Source of the DNA: Octopus vulgaris | Lineage: Eukaryota | Assembly: GCA_951406725.2 (NCBI GenBank) | Contig: OX597820.1 | Location: forward strand, 20,584,001 to 20,648,000 | Reading direction: 5' to 3' | DNA length: 64,000 bases | Shown here: piece by piece, positions 51,974 to 64,000 of the stretch | Numbering within the stretch: the first letter of the stretch is position 1 | How the letters are laid out: each line of letters begins with the position of its first letter | Translations under genes and position numbers: made by a program | Notes under the pieces: model-generated | Told to the model about the DNA's origin: nothing | Seen by the model: only the letters and a program-made list of their open reading frames with translations | Databases searched by the model: none

Positions 51974-54900
51974 AACAATTTAACGTATACAAGTAACAAA
52001 AGTTTTCTGTCGCCACAGAATCACATCTTACACACAAATAAGAATTTGAATTTAGTGAGAAAAAAATAATGAACCAGACGATCATTTTAACTTCATCAAT
52101 TTGCGTATGTTTGCAATACACTGAAAGCATAATTAGCATTTCAACAAAATATTTATCAGGGATTTTTTTAATGTATTTTTTAACCAGAACCGAATGAAAT
52201 GGTGAAAGTAGAGAGAAAAATCACGAAATATATCAAAATCTATTACGTTAGTACATAATTTAATTTGTCAGTGCAACTCAAAATATTTTGTTATTGTTTC
52301 TAATTAGTTCAAATATTAATTAGATCTTAAAGAATCTTACAGGTATACTAAATTTAAAACAGATTTTTAAAAATATATAATGGGAAAACGTTATAAACTT
52401 TTCATAGCCAAGTCTTGTTATATTTTGAAACCGGCAGACTGTCGATTGGCAGAAACAAGTGAGCGTCAGAAAAAAAAAAAATAGAAAGAAAAAATACTTG
52501 TGGTATTTTTCTCCTGTTCTTTACATTCTGAGTTCAAATCCTGCCGAAGTCAGGTTCGACTTTCACCCACCCGGCGTCGAGAAATTAAAGTACCAGTCAA
52601 ATACTAGGAACGATTTAATTAACTGTTTCCTTTTTTTTTTTTTTTTTTTCAAATTCCAGTCCTAGTGCCTAGGTTAGAAGCAATTATCAAATATGTTATT
52701 AGAGCTGTTTTTTTGCCAGATATCATTTGACCGCCTCTTGAACTTTTGATTGAAATCCAACTAAAATCTGTTCAACCATTCATCTTTCCAGTCTTGTTAC
52801 AATAAAATACCCGACAAGAAGACAACTCGACTTACTCGACTAACCCTCTACTTCCAAATTTGTGGTCCTGCTCCAAGAAATGATTAGCTAATAATCTACC
52901 GTTATCTAAAGATAAAATCAAATACAGAGAAACTGGCAATGGTCCGCATCGGCAAAGCTTGTATTATTTACAAATAGATAGAACAACATTTCATTTTCAA
53001 ACTCAAAATAATCATGTTACTTTTTGGTTTAAATAAACGTTTTTTTTCTTTTTACTCCTCCACATCATCTTAGTTCAATAAGCCAATTCTTATCCTTCAT
53101 CTCCTGCCTCACTTCAGTGTTTAACTCAGACTTTCCCTCACTCACTTCTCCTCTCTTTTTCACAGTACGGCTCTACCTCTCTCGCCTAGTTTCTTTCTCC
53201 TATTTCCGGTCGACTATGAAATTCACCATGTCTTGCGTTCCTCATCAGTTGCAGCCAGTTTTTCAAACATGCTTCGGTCTCTCTTGAGCCCTAGAGCTCG
53301 TAACACTGGAACTTAATCCGGTTTTCATTGTGTATAAGTAACTGCGACTCATTTACAGCTGAGCGCACTGGAGAAATGCGAAATGAAGTGTCTTGCTCAA
53401 GAACACAATGTATCACTCGGTCCGGGAATCGAAACCACGATATTACGATCGTGGGTGTATCACCTTAACCCCTTGGTCACACTCCTTCACCTTTCTCAGA
53501 CACAGAGCAAATAAATTTCTGCAGCCTTTCTTATATCTCTTTCCAGTCAACTTTACAATTTCTTTATTATCCATAAAAGACTATACATAGAATTGAACAA
53601 TACAACTGATGGGATCAGTAAAGCGGTATGATTTTTACATATAATATGACTTTAAAAATTTTAAAACAATATATAAAAATCGGATGGAAAAACAATACAA
53701 AAACAATACAAATGATCAGACCACACTCCGACCCCACAAGCCCTGATCTACCGCTAGTACCTTTATTTTCTTTTTTACCGGTCTATTCACACGGTTCCTT
53801 ACAAGCGCAACACTCGTGCAACATGCTTCCATCTCTTTTGGAACGTACACTCCGACAGACACCTTTTCTCCAGCCACAGCTTCCTTTTCAAACGAAAAGA
53901 AGAAGAAAAGATCGTAAATTGTGACCAGAGACAAAGTTGCCTGTCTTAATTCCTTTCATCCTAGTCTTCTTCTAGTCAACTTTAATCTAAAGGATGCCTC
54001 TGTTCGAAACGTTGAATACTCCCCTTCCCAATTTCACTGCATTATTTCTGTAGCTGTCCTTTAAATATTGACTTCATTTTACTTTGGTGCACGAAGAGAG
54101 CTTACAGACAAACAGCTATAGTCATTATACGAATCAGGGTCGGATGGAAACAAAATTGATGGCATTTGAGCTCAGAATATAGCGGAATGAGTGGGAGGTT
54201 AAACTTTAGAATGCTTTGACATGGGTGCTCTACAACTTCTGCCAAATCTCCTACTCATGTTATTTGGTTATTGGTTTTTAAAACGCACATAATTTTATCT
54301 ATAATTCAAATCAAAAATATGTCGAAACTGGATTAAAAGATGCTCGGGTTTTGATTGCAAACAAATATTAGCATATACTTCATAGTAAATGATAAAGAGT
54401 TTTCATTTCTAATAAATCTCAGATCTTTTGTTTGTTTTGTCCGTCATTATAACTGTTGTTATGGAGTAAATATCTTTATGAGTTTCTTCTTAATTTCCGT
54501 TCAAATTTTTTTTTCACTAAGCAATGGGAGCGGATATATACAAACACACACACACTCACACACACATATTTACATACATATGAGACAAATATGTACATGC
54601 ATGTACATAGATACATATATGTGTGTATGAGTGAATGTGTGTTTATATGCATGTATGTATCTGTGTGTGTATATGTATGTCGCTCTTTCTCTCTTCGTTT
54701 GAAAAAAAGTTCGTTTCCATGTTTTTGTTTTCGTTTCTCATTGTGTTCAACGTTTTTTTTATGTCCTGTACCCATATATGCATGTATATATACATATATA
54801 TGTAGGTAGTAGAATGAATTATCTTATTATGGATAATTCGGTTAACCGATACCTGGGTAGCAAATTCACGTCAGAAAAACAGGGCAGAGATCACGTGCTA

Positions 54901-54995
54901 TCGCGTGGAAATTTGTGTGTTTTTTTAAATACAAATAAATGAAAGAACGTAGGTATGTACATTCATGTATGTATATATGCATATATATTTATATA

Positions 54996-55081
<86 letters not shown>

Positions 55082-56227
55082 GTGTATATATATATATATA
55101 TACGATTGGCTCCTACACAGCTTCCGTTTCCGTCAATCAAATTCACTCTCAAGCTTCGGGCAGCCTGGGGTCACAGAAGAACTTCTTAACCGTACAGTCA
55201 TGCCTGGGCCCCCAAAAGAATAGAATTAGATATTCTTATATCTAATTCTATTGTGGCGTGAAATATGATATTCTCATATTTGGTAAAGTTATGATATGCA
55301 AAGTGCTGACAAGTTAATTTAGCAGACCACCGAAACAGGAACTCGAAATCAGTTCGATAGATGACTTCAGGCGGTAAATGTTGAAGTTAAGGAAATTGTA
55401 TCATATGTAAACTCAACTACTTACTATTTACTTTTAATGCCTGGTGGATCTACTCTAAATAATTATTTAATATGATTTCCAAAGTGCAGGCTTTATGTTA
55501 CCATTATGCTGCTCATTGTACGAATATACGTTAGTATACTTTACAAAATGTATCTAGCTCAGTAAGATTAACCCTATGATAACGATTATACGTGAGGAAT
55601 TTGGATTCAATTCGAAGCAATTTAATAAATATACGATTTGATTAATGGGAAATAAGAAAAAGAAATTCTACTGTCATATAATTTGGAGGTGAAACGTAAC
55701 AGCTATGAATCACGATCATGTTTAGAAGTATTATTCATAATCACATTTTGTAAAATTTGCGTGATGTATTGAATTATCCAACCTGTTTGAGTGGATCATT
55801 TAATCAACTACAAAAATTATATTCCATTTCTTTCTTTTATATCTCTTATGTTGAGTTACGAACTGCTTCTTTATTTTTCGTAAAGTGTTTTCTTATTTCA
55901 TATTTCATGCATATTTTTTCTCCTTTCGTTTTGTGGTATTGTGTTTATACTCTTCGTGTTGCCATTGAAATAAGAAAAAAATCTTATGAAGTCGGTAGCA
56001 CATGTATTCAGTAGTCACACGTAACTGAGTTTTATTGGGCTTTTTAGTTTTACTTTTAATGGTTGTGTATTCTTTTTCTATCTAGGCACAATTTTGAAGG
56101 GAGGGGGCCAGTCGATTAGATCGACCTCAGTACGCAACTGGTACTTAATGTATCGATCCCGAAAAGGTGAAAGGCAAAGTCGACATCGGCAGAATTTTTA
56201 ATGGATATATGTTACATAAATTTATGA

Positions 56228-56546
56228 CGACACGTGACTTAGTGGTAAGGGCATTTAGCTCACAATCGTAAGGTCGGGAGTTCAATTAACGGCGGTGCGT
56301 TGTGTCCTTCAGCAAAACACTTTCTTTCACGTTGCTCCAGTTCACTCAGCTGGCGAAAATGAGTAGTTCTGGTATTTCAAAGGGCCAGCCTTGTCACACT
56401 CTGTTTCACACTGAATCTCCCTGAAAATTATGTTACGAGTATGCGTGTCTGTGGAGTGCTCAGCCACTTGCACGTTAATTTCACGAGCAGGCTGCTCCGT
56501 TGATCGCATCAACTAAAATCCCTCGTCGTCGTAAACGACGGAGTGT
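56228..56546 (+). mobile_element. SINE family D
   Basis: Colinear with 51538-51858. Confidence 0.82.
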
Positions 56547-56929
56547 CGGTTAAGTTAATTACATGAATTTATTTGAACAATTATAGAAGGATTAGCTGAG
56601 ATGGGATATCTACGTGTCGGTCGAGATGTCCATCTCATTAGTTACACAGTATCTTTAAGCTCATAACTGAATTTTCTTCTATCTCTCTCGAAGCCTAAAA
56701 TTTCGGAAAGGTGCATAGCCGATTACACATTAGTCGACACACTTGGCCCTATTTCTTATCTGGTGTCCTTTAGTGATGCTTGTGGGATGAAAGGCAAAGT
56801 TGACTCTAACGAGTCATTGAAAGCAGGAAGTTAAAAGTCGGAGCAAACCTAGCAATATATATTTCCGAGACTTCGACGAGTCTTCCATTTCACCGCGCTG
56901 ATAACATATTTAATAAGGATTTTGCATGA

Positions 56930-57260
56930 ACCCCAGTGTTCACCTGGTACTTATTTTATCGATCCCGAAAGGATGAAAGACAGAATTTTTGCTCAACGTA
57001 CTAAAGATTCTGCCAGTTCGCCTCCTTGATAACATATTTAATAATCCTTTCTACTATAGGCTCAAGGCCTGAAATTTGGGGGAGGGGACTAGTCGATTAC
57101 ATCGACCCCAGTGTTTCGGTGGTACTTATTTCATCGACCCCCGAAAAGATGAAAAGCAAAGTCGACCTCGGCGGAATTTGAACTCAAAACTTACAGACGG
57201 GCGAAATACCGCAAGCATTGGCCTAGCGTGTTAATGATTTTGCCTGCTTTCCGCCTTGAT
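56930..57260 (-). mobile_element. Family A SINE variants (one deleted copy and one near-full copy)
   Basis: ggtacttatt..atcgac/tccc..gaaaggatgaaa body occurs twice, with heads ctgccagttcgcc and ctgctttccgcc. Confidence 0.75.
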
Positions 57261-58277
57261 ATCATATTCAGTAATAATAGTTTATCAATATCAAAATATA
57301 ACAATTCCTGTCTAAAATGCATTGATAACAGACACGTTTCCCTTTGTCCATAAAAAGATATATACAACCGGAAGATTCTTGCTGCTTTAATTGATATTAG
57401 ATCTAAATACAAATACATCGAGTTCAGTAGAAAATTAAATTATGTGCATACATAATAGATTTTTATGCTACGTGTTTATCTTTCACTGTTTCATTGGTTC
57501 CGGTTTAATATTTATTTCAAAAATACCTTGTCCAAATCTTTACCGAGTCGGAAGTACACTTTGTAGAATGATTAGTCCGTCATTGTTAACAGCGAAAAAT
57601 TAACGAGTATTTTGTTAGTTCGTTGTCATTAGTTACAATTCTATCGTAAAAGTTCAGGCTTGCAATACTCACACTGTCGGTGAAAGCAAAATCCAAAGCC
57701 AGAATTCTTCCAACCATACGTATGAACACCTTATGACAGCCCAGTTAAAATAATCTTGTGCACAACATTTTTATCAAGTTTCCTTAACCTGTTGGGCCGA
57801 TGTTAGTTTTGTACCACTACCACCACAGAACTTGTAAGAAAAGCAGTTGGGACCTTCATGAAATGCACATCTTACAGGTTGTACCGCCTCTCGAATTGTA
57901 ACAGAGCTTTTTAGCGAAAGGAGAGACATAAAAATTTACAAACTCATCTTACTCTGTAATTTTTAACCAGGATAGTTCTGTTAGCTGCATTATTGCTGAA
58001 AAGAAACTGTCACATTTGCTGCATATTTCGCCTTAAAGTCGATATTGTACACATGCAACAAATGTCTTCTCAGACTCTTTCTTCTTCACGTTCCTTGTTA
58101 GTCTCATTGCAACGTATACTAATTTGTCTCAGGGTAAAAATGGCCTCAGAGCGTCCAACGAGTTGTACAGCCACAATATCGCGTCTTTCATCACTCTAAA
58201 ACAGTGAGGACCAATACTATCTCCCATTCGCAAAAGAACATTATGAATTTCTCCTCTCTCTCTCTCTCTCTCTGTGT

Positions 58278-58313
<36 letters not shown>

Positions 58314-58362
58314 TTACATACATATATTTTCTTTTATTTAATAGACACAATACATAATTTTA

Positions 58363-58419
58363 TGTGCTACTAATAGTTTCATATGTTGAAAAATACCTCA
58401 GATATATTCATCAGGCACA
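58363..58419 (-). ncRNA. Type I hammerhead ribozyme with canonical core (left arm of the inverted pair)
   Basis: Minus strand tgtgc-CTGATGA-atat atc tgag gtattt ttca ac atat-GAA-ACTA t TAGT-A-gcaca: 5-bp stem I, stem II and near-palindromic stem III. Confidence 0.72.
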
Positions 58420-58462
58420 GACCGCGTATCGTAACGAACTATTTTTAGTTAGTTATGTGGTC

Positions 58463-58865
58463 TGTGCCTCATGAATATGTTTGAGGTACTTCTCAACATA
58501 TGAAACTATTGAGATCCCCTTCGGTCATGAATGACCATGGGATTGCACCTAGAAAGTTACCCTCCCAGGCACAAGTCCGGGCAAGGTTGTTTATGGAAGA
58601 CCAGCAGCTGCCCATGCATACCGGCCTCCCCTCTCCACGCCACTGATGTTATCCAAGGGAAAGGCAACAGATACAGCTTGGCACTTGTGACGTCACAACT
58701 CATTTCTACAGATGAGTGAACTGGAGCAACGTGAAATAAAGTGTCTTGCTCAAGAACACAACACGCAGCCCGGTCCGGGATTCGAATTCACAACCTCACG
58801 ATCGTACGCTCGACTCTCTAACCACTGAGCCATGCGCCTTCACTTATGACACTATTAATAGCACA
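58463..58865 (+). ncRNA. Second, inverted hammerhead copy (G5C), split by a SINE insertion
   Basis: tgtgc-CTCATGA-atatgtttgag gtactt ctcaacatat-GAA-actatt [SINE] aat-a-gcaca. Confidence 0.6.
58511..58844 (-). mobile_element. CORE-like SINE (family D-type head, different tail) with a 12-bp TSD
   Basis: Reverse complement head aaggcgcatggctcagtggttagagag, CORE-like tgtgttcttgagcaagacacttta; TSD tatga(a/c)actatt at 58499-58510 and 58845-58856. Confidence 0.85.
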
Positions 58866-58992
58866 TAAAAACATGTATTATGTCTGTTAAATAATATTTA
58901 TCTCTCACCATATGGAGCACTTTTTTTTGTTGATCTTAACATCGCGGAAAAGTACGTTATATATATATATTTTGTCAAGTTATTCTTTCTTT

Positions 58993-59377
58993 TGTTCTTT
59001 TACTTGATTCAGTCATTTGACTGCGGCCATGCTGGAGTACCACCATTAGTCGCAAAAATGGACCCCAGGATATATTCTTTGTAAGCCTAGTACTTATTAT
59101 ATCGGTTCTTTTGCCGAACCTCTAAGTTACGGAGACGTAAACACATCCACATCGGTTGTCAAGCGATGGTAGGAGGACAAACACACACACACATAAATAC
59201 ACACACTTATGTACGACGGGTTTCTTTCAGTTTCCATCTAACAAATCCACTCACAAGTCTTTCGTCGGCTTGAGACTATAGTAGAAAACACTTGCCCAAA
59301 CTGCCACGCACTAGCACTGAACCCGGAACCATGTGGCTGAGAAGCTAACTTCTTACCACGCAGCCACGCTGGGCCTA
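58993..59377 (-). mobile_element. Full-length family B SINE
   Basis: Colinear from tail to head with the 33050-33620 copy. Confidence 0.85.
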
Positions 59378-59892
59378 CACGTAAAACAATCTAATGTCAA
59401 ACAGCAGGGTTACTCGCTATTTTTAGTAGATTACATATTCATTTGCCTCTTCAACGACTATCTGTTCCTTGTGTCTCATCTCTGATCTAATCCTGTCTTT
59501 TCTACTTTGTCTTTCTTAACGTTTATAAGGAAAAAAAGCTGACAGAGACTTTCAAGTTTCGGTTAGCACATCTTCAAGAGTCTGATGAAGGCGAGCAAGA
59601 CAAAACCTCGAAGTCATTGTCAACTTTTTCTTTGTAAAAGGTTAAACATTCAAATGATATAAAAGTTAAAATGAAGTTTTCAGACTGGAAAATTTAGCGT
59701 TCCCAAAGCTGGAACCATTATTTGTTTTTTTCGAGATGGCTATTTTATTTTATTTATTTATTTATTTATTTATCTAGTTTCAGCTCACTAGCTGTGGCCA
59801 TGCTGGGGCACCGCCATTTATTATAGCTACTATAGTTGTGTTACATTCTGTTTGTATTGCATAGAATTATTCTAACACAAATAGATAACTGA

Positions 59893-60480
59893 AAGGCGGC
59901 GAGCTGACAGGAACGTTAGCACGCCGGGTGAAATGCTTAGCGGTATTTCGTCTGCCGTTACGTTGTGAGTTCAAATTCCTCCGAGGTCGACTTTGCCTTT
60001 CATCCTTTCGGGGTCGATTAAATAAGTACCAGTTACGCACTGGGGTCGATGTGATCGACTTAATCCGTTTGTCAGTCCTTGTTTGTTCCCTCTGTGTTTA
60101 GCCCCTTGTGGGTAGTAAAGAAATAGGTATTTCGTCTGCCGTTACGTTCTGAGTTCAAATTCCGCCGAGGTCGACTTAGCCTTTCATCCTTTCGGGGTCG
60201 ATAAATTAAGTACCAGTTACGCACTGGGGTCGATGTGATCGACTTAATCCGTTTGTCAGTCCTTGTTTGTCCCCTCTGTGTTTAGCCCCTTGTGGGTAGT
60301 AAAGAAATAGGTATTTCGTCTGCCGTTACGTTCTGAGTTCAAATTCCGCCGAGGTCGACTTTGCCTTTCATCCTTTCGGAGTCGATAAATCAAGTACCAG
60401 TTGTGCACTGGGGTCGATGTAATCGACTTAATCCGTTTGTCTGTCCTTGTTTTTCCCCTCTATGTTTAGCCACTTGTAGG
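59893..60480 (+). mobile_element. SINE family A trimer (184-nt unit three times)
   Basis: Unit starts gtatttcgtctgccg at 59943, 60127 and 60311. Confidence 0.9.
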
Positions 60481-60663
60481 GAACAAACGGATTAAGTCGA
60501 TTACATCGGCCCCAGTGCGTAACTGGTACTTATTTAATCGACAACGAAAGGATGAAAAGCAAAGTCGACCTCGGCGAAATTCGAACTCAGAACGTAGCGG
60601 CAGACGAAATACTGCTAAGCATTTCGCCCAGCGTGCTAACGGTTCTGCCAGCTCGTCGTCTTA
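60481..60663 (-). mobile_element. SINE family A copy in inverted, tail-to-tail orientation
   Basis: Reverse complement of the head and body directly abuts the trimer. Confidence 0.88.
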
Positions 60664-61625
60664 TTCATATTTCGTAATTGCATTCTAACACATCCCTTTT
60701 CCAAATTCTTTCGTTCATATGCGGTGTTTGAGTCGCTGCCTCCTCATATTTTCCCATTTTTACTTTCTTTCTTCTGTTTCGTTTTCTTTCTTTTTGTAAA
60801 TAGCGACCCTGGCCCTTTCCTATTTTCTTTCGTTTCAAGTGTCCTTTATCCGTTATGTACTTGCATAGAAACAACTTTTTCCAGATAAGTACTACAACTT
60901 CTATTAATGGTAATTTATATCAGTCAACAGTGTAATTGTTAAAACTTCAATTGTCTACCATATATACTGCGATAAGGATATGGGAACAATAAAAAATTAA
61001 AGTTTTCTTAACAAAGAAAAAATTAACTTTCACTAAAACTAAATTATCGCCAGAGAGATGAAAAGCAGTGTGCTTAAAGGATAAATGATTTGCAATACTG
61101 ATAGAATATCTTAGAGTGAACATAAATTTAGATAAAACAAATAACTTATAAGTATTCTTCATATAATTTCGATAAAATAAATACGAATCGTATTTTATAG
61201 CATTGCAATGGTAAACAAACATCCAGCACACACACAGATATTGTACAAAATCAATGTCGTAAAATAAAAGCATCGTTCAACGGTGTCAGAGGTGACATTA
61301 GTCCAAATTACTACTGATAATCTACTATTGAAAGTCGAGAACAATCACGCACATTATTATATTGATAATATAGTGCCTGTGCCCTAATATCAAAATGTGA
61401 TTATATAAATTTAAATTTGTTTTTAGCAATAGGTTTCTTTGACAGGATTAAGTTAAAGCAGAAACGGTACAAAATATAAAATTTATCATTTTAAGTTATC
61501 TTTTAAAAAATTTGCATTTGATTTAATCGCTGCTGATAGCATTACAGCGACTAAAGCGTATTAGTAATAAAGTCATTCGTTTAATTCAGCTCATTTATTA
61601 AAATAATGATAATGAACATTAATTA

Positions 61626-61841
61626 TTCTTTTCTACTCTAGGCACAAGGCTTGAAATTTTTGGGGAGGAGGCCAGTCGATTACATCGACCCCAGTACGCA
61701 ACTGGTACTTAATTTATCGACCCGAAAGGATGAAAGGCAAAGTCGACCTCGGCGGAATTTGAACTCAGAACGTAGCGGCAGACGAAATACAGCTACGCAT
61801 TTTGCCCGGCGTGCTAACGATTCTGCCAGCTCGCCGCCTTA
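61626..61841 (-). mobile_element. SINE family A with the alternative tail
   Basis: ttcttttctactctaggcacaagg tail, body, and head ctgccagctcgccgcctt. Confidence 0.85.
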
Positions 61842-63127
61842 ATGAATATTCATTATTGTATGACGAAGGTATCAAAAAAGAAAATTAGAAAAGTAAGCTT
61901 CAATTAATCTTGGGCAAAAATGAAGTCGGTAAATTACTGCTTCCGTTCATCCTCGGACAGCCATTTTCCTTCGTCAAATTACAATGAAGATGTCGCATCT
62001 TAGGAACTCCCCCCTTGAAGTAGGATGACTGATGTAGCAGAAAATGTAGAATTAGATTGATTATTTCAATGAATTTCAAAGTAAAAAGTAATATATTTTT
62101 AAAGATTCATTATTTCTATACAGATTATATAAAACAGGGAAACTTTATTCTGGAGAATATTAAATAAAATCCAAGTTATAACGTTTCTACTCATGCTTAA
62201 TAGGTTCGTTCTGACAGATTCGAGCGTGAATATCTAGTCACTACTGGTTTTCATCATCGGAGAACACCTCCAACATTAAGGGTTCATAATACATGAAATT
62301 CACCGAGGTGTTTCGCTCTTATTGTATGTCTCCTCAGTGAAACGAGACATCGTTCATAAAAGAAAACAAATCATTTGTTCATGCATGTTGATGGCTGCCA
62401 AACAGATAATAATTTGTGGAATGCACGCAGAACAGTGAGAATCCGAACAAGAATCTATTTATTCGTTCTTTATATGATCTGGCTGATTCGAACGTGAATA
62501 ACTGATCGATGGTATTTTTTCCGTCATCGGAGAATACCTCCCTTTAGACGATACATGTTCATAACACATGCTATTCACATATGCAAGGGAGCTTTGAGAC
62601 ATCACAGTGTTACGAATTTGTTGTGTGTCTCCTCTTCCAAAGCTACTCCACCGGACAAATGAATTTAACAAGAACACGAACTCAAGGTTTATTCACAAAA
62701 TAGGCACAAGTTAACACGAACGCGAAGCTAATAGGTAAAATTATAAAAAGAAATATCTGGATAAATTTACCAAACTTAAAATTATAATTTCGTTAAATAG
62801 ATAGATTACTACCCAAAATGTCACATATTGTTACCAGTCGGTTTTAATTTGGTAGTCAAATATTTGAAGCAACAATATTTTGAATTAAACAGCGCAAAGT
62901 AACAAAATTTTGTAGCTAGTTAGATAATCTCTGTCAGGGATGAAAGCAGTAACTATACTGCCAAGTAATGTTTATCGTCATATCAATATAACTATTCCGT
63001 AGGAATCGACGTTGCTACCATTTTTAACCCCGGGAGTAGCCTCCTCCAGCTGGTTATCGATGCAGTCTGTACCCGATATATATTGCAAGCAGGGGAGCGA
63101 ACTCTTACCATCTAGCAGACGACAGTA

Positions 63128-63175
63128 TCATTAGACCGTACGGTTTCGGCTTATTATGGCCATCTTCAGTGGTGA
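63128..63175 (-). ncRNA. Type I hammerhead motif with canonical core, stem I partly decayed
   Basis: Minus strand tcacca-CTGAAGA-t-ggc cataataa gcc-GAA-ACCGTACGGT-C-taatga; 10-nt palindromic stem III. Confidence 0.65.
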
Positions 63176-63195
63176 ATACCCGTCCGCTAGAGATA

Positions 63196-63655
63196 AAATC
63201 TTTATTATGATCATTAGATCGTACAGAGAAAAGGACATTACAAGACAAACAAATACAAAAATGTAAATGAGTTTGAATGAGCATTATATCAAAGATTTAC
63301 TTTAAAAATATTTTATATAACGATTAATTTTTACCCTAAACTAGAACTAAAAAAAAACAAAAAGAAAACGAATAAAAGTTCAAAAAGATCGAACCCGGCA
63401 GCCTATAAGGCCCAGCAACTATCTTTTATTTTCATCAATGATTAAACTGGGTTACTGACACCCACCTTTCTCATAACATCCTTCCATCGTTTCTCTTATT
63501 CACTCGGTGGCAGGGTCTTCCTCTCCAACCCCATCATGCTCTTCAGATGGTATCTGAAGTAAGACAGCAAACCGGGGCCAGAGATGAAGGACCCTGTCAC
63601 AGAACCTTCCATTCTAGTCCTCCAGACACACTCTTTCAGTACTGCAACTGTACAG
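63196..63655 (-). mobile_element. 5'-truncated L1/Tx1-like LINE (ORF2 C-terminus and 3' UTR) with an 18-bp TSD
   Basis: Exact TSD acccgtccgctagagata at 63178-63195 and 63656-63673; minus-strand peptide VAVLKECVWRTRMEG...LLSYFRYHLKSMMGLERKTL...*EKRWKDV; aataaa near the 3' end. The clade is assigned from memory of similar ORF2 ends. Confidence 0.78.
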
Positions 63656-64000
63656 ACCCGTCCGCTAGAGATAGCAGTAACTCACTCAATTCGCAATATG
63701 CAGAAAACTAAGCGACAGTCAGTCACTGATCTTGCAACAAGCAAAATAGCTAATTAGAAAATCTCTCTATAAGAGATGAAAGTAATAACTATACTGGGAA
63801 GTAATGTTTATTGCCACATTAATATGGCTGTTCCGTTTATTATTTTATGCATTTTTTATATCTAAGTATCAAGCTGAAATTACATGGAAACAACCATTAA
63901 CTGATATTTTGTTGACCATATACCTTTTCTTTTACATTCTCAAAGGATTCCCAGGAAATATATTAACTTCCTGAAAACAGATATTTTGGAATCGAAAAAG

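Noticed and set aside
53716-54020. Possible Penelope 3' remnant with gaaacgtt and a 72-aa minus-strand ORF
   Set aside because: Similarity is too weak and no diagnostic motif is recognisable.
59943-60480. Regularly spaced repeats suggesting a CRISPR array
   Set aside because: The units are contiguous 184-nt SINE bodies with no unique spacers, there are no cas genes, and the context is eukaryotic.

Overview
AT-rich, microsatellite-dense eukaryotic DNA with no recognisable host protein-coding exon. It is probably intronic or intergenic sequence from a coleoid cephalopod such as Octopus; this is inferred from my recollection of the SINE families and repeat landscape, not proven. Nearly all ORF-track entries are translations of simple repeats or SINEs. 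The real content is transposon-derived: a full-length but dead mariner, three more Tc1/mariner relics, a 5'-truncated Penelope-like element (RT YIDD plus GIY-YIG), a Dong/R4-type REL-LINE end in (TAA)n, an L1/Tx1-like 3' end with an 18-bp TSD, MITEs with 8-bp TSDs, dozens of tRNA-derived SINEs from at least four families, and a tRNA-Asp pseudogene. The most striking hidden signal is about a dozen type I hammerhead ribozyme motifs (intact, variant or relic) from several unrelated repeat families. These include a head-to-head pair on opposite strands (58335-58893), a direct-repeat pair 464 nt apart resembling a retrozyme (21897-22537), a family-wide A6U core variant in the Penelope pLTR, and a 358-nt hammerhead unit interrupted by a LINE. 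All ribozyme calls were folded by eye and their activity is untested.
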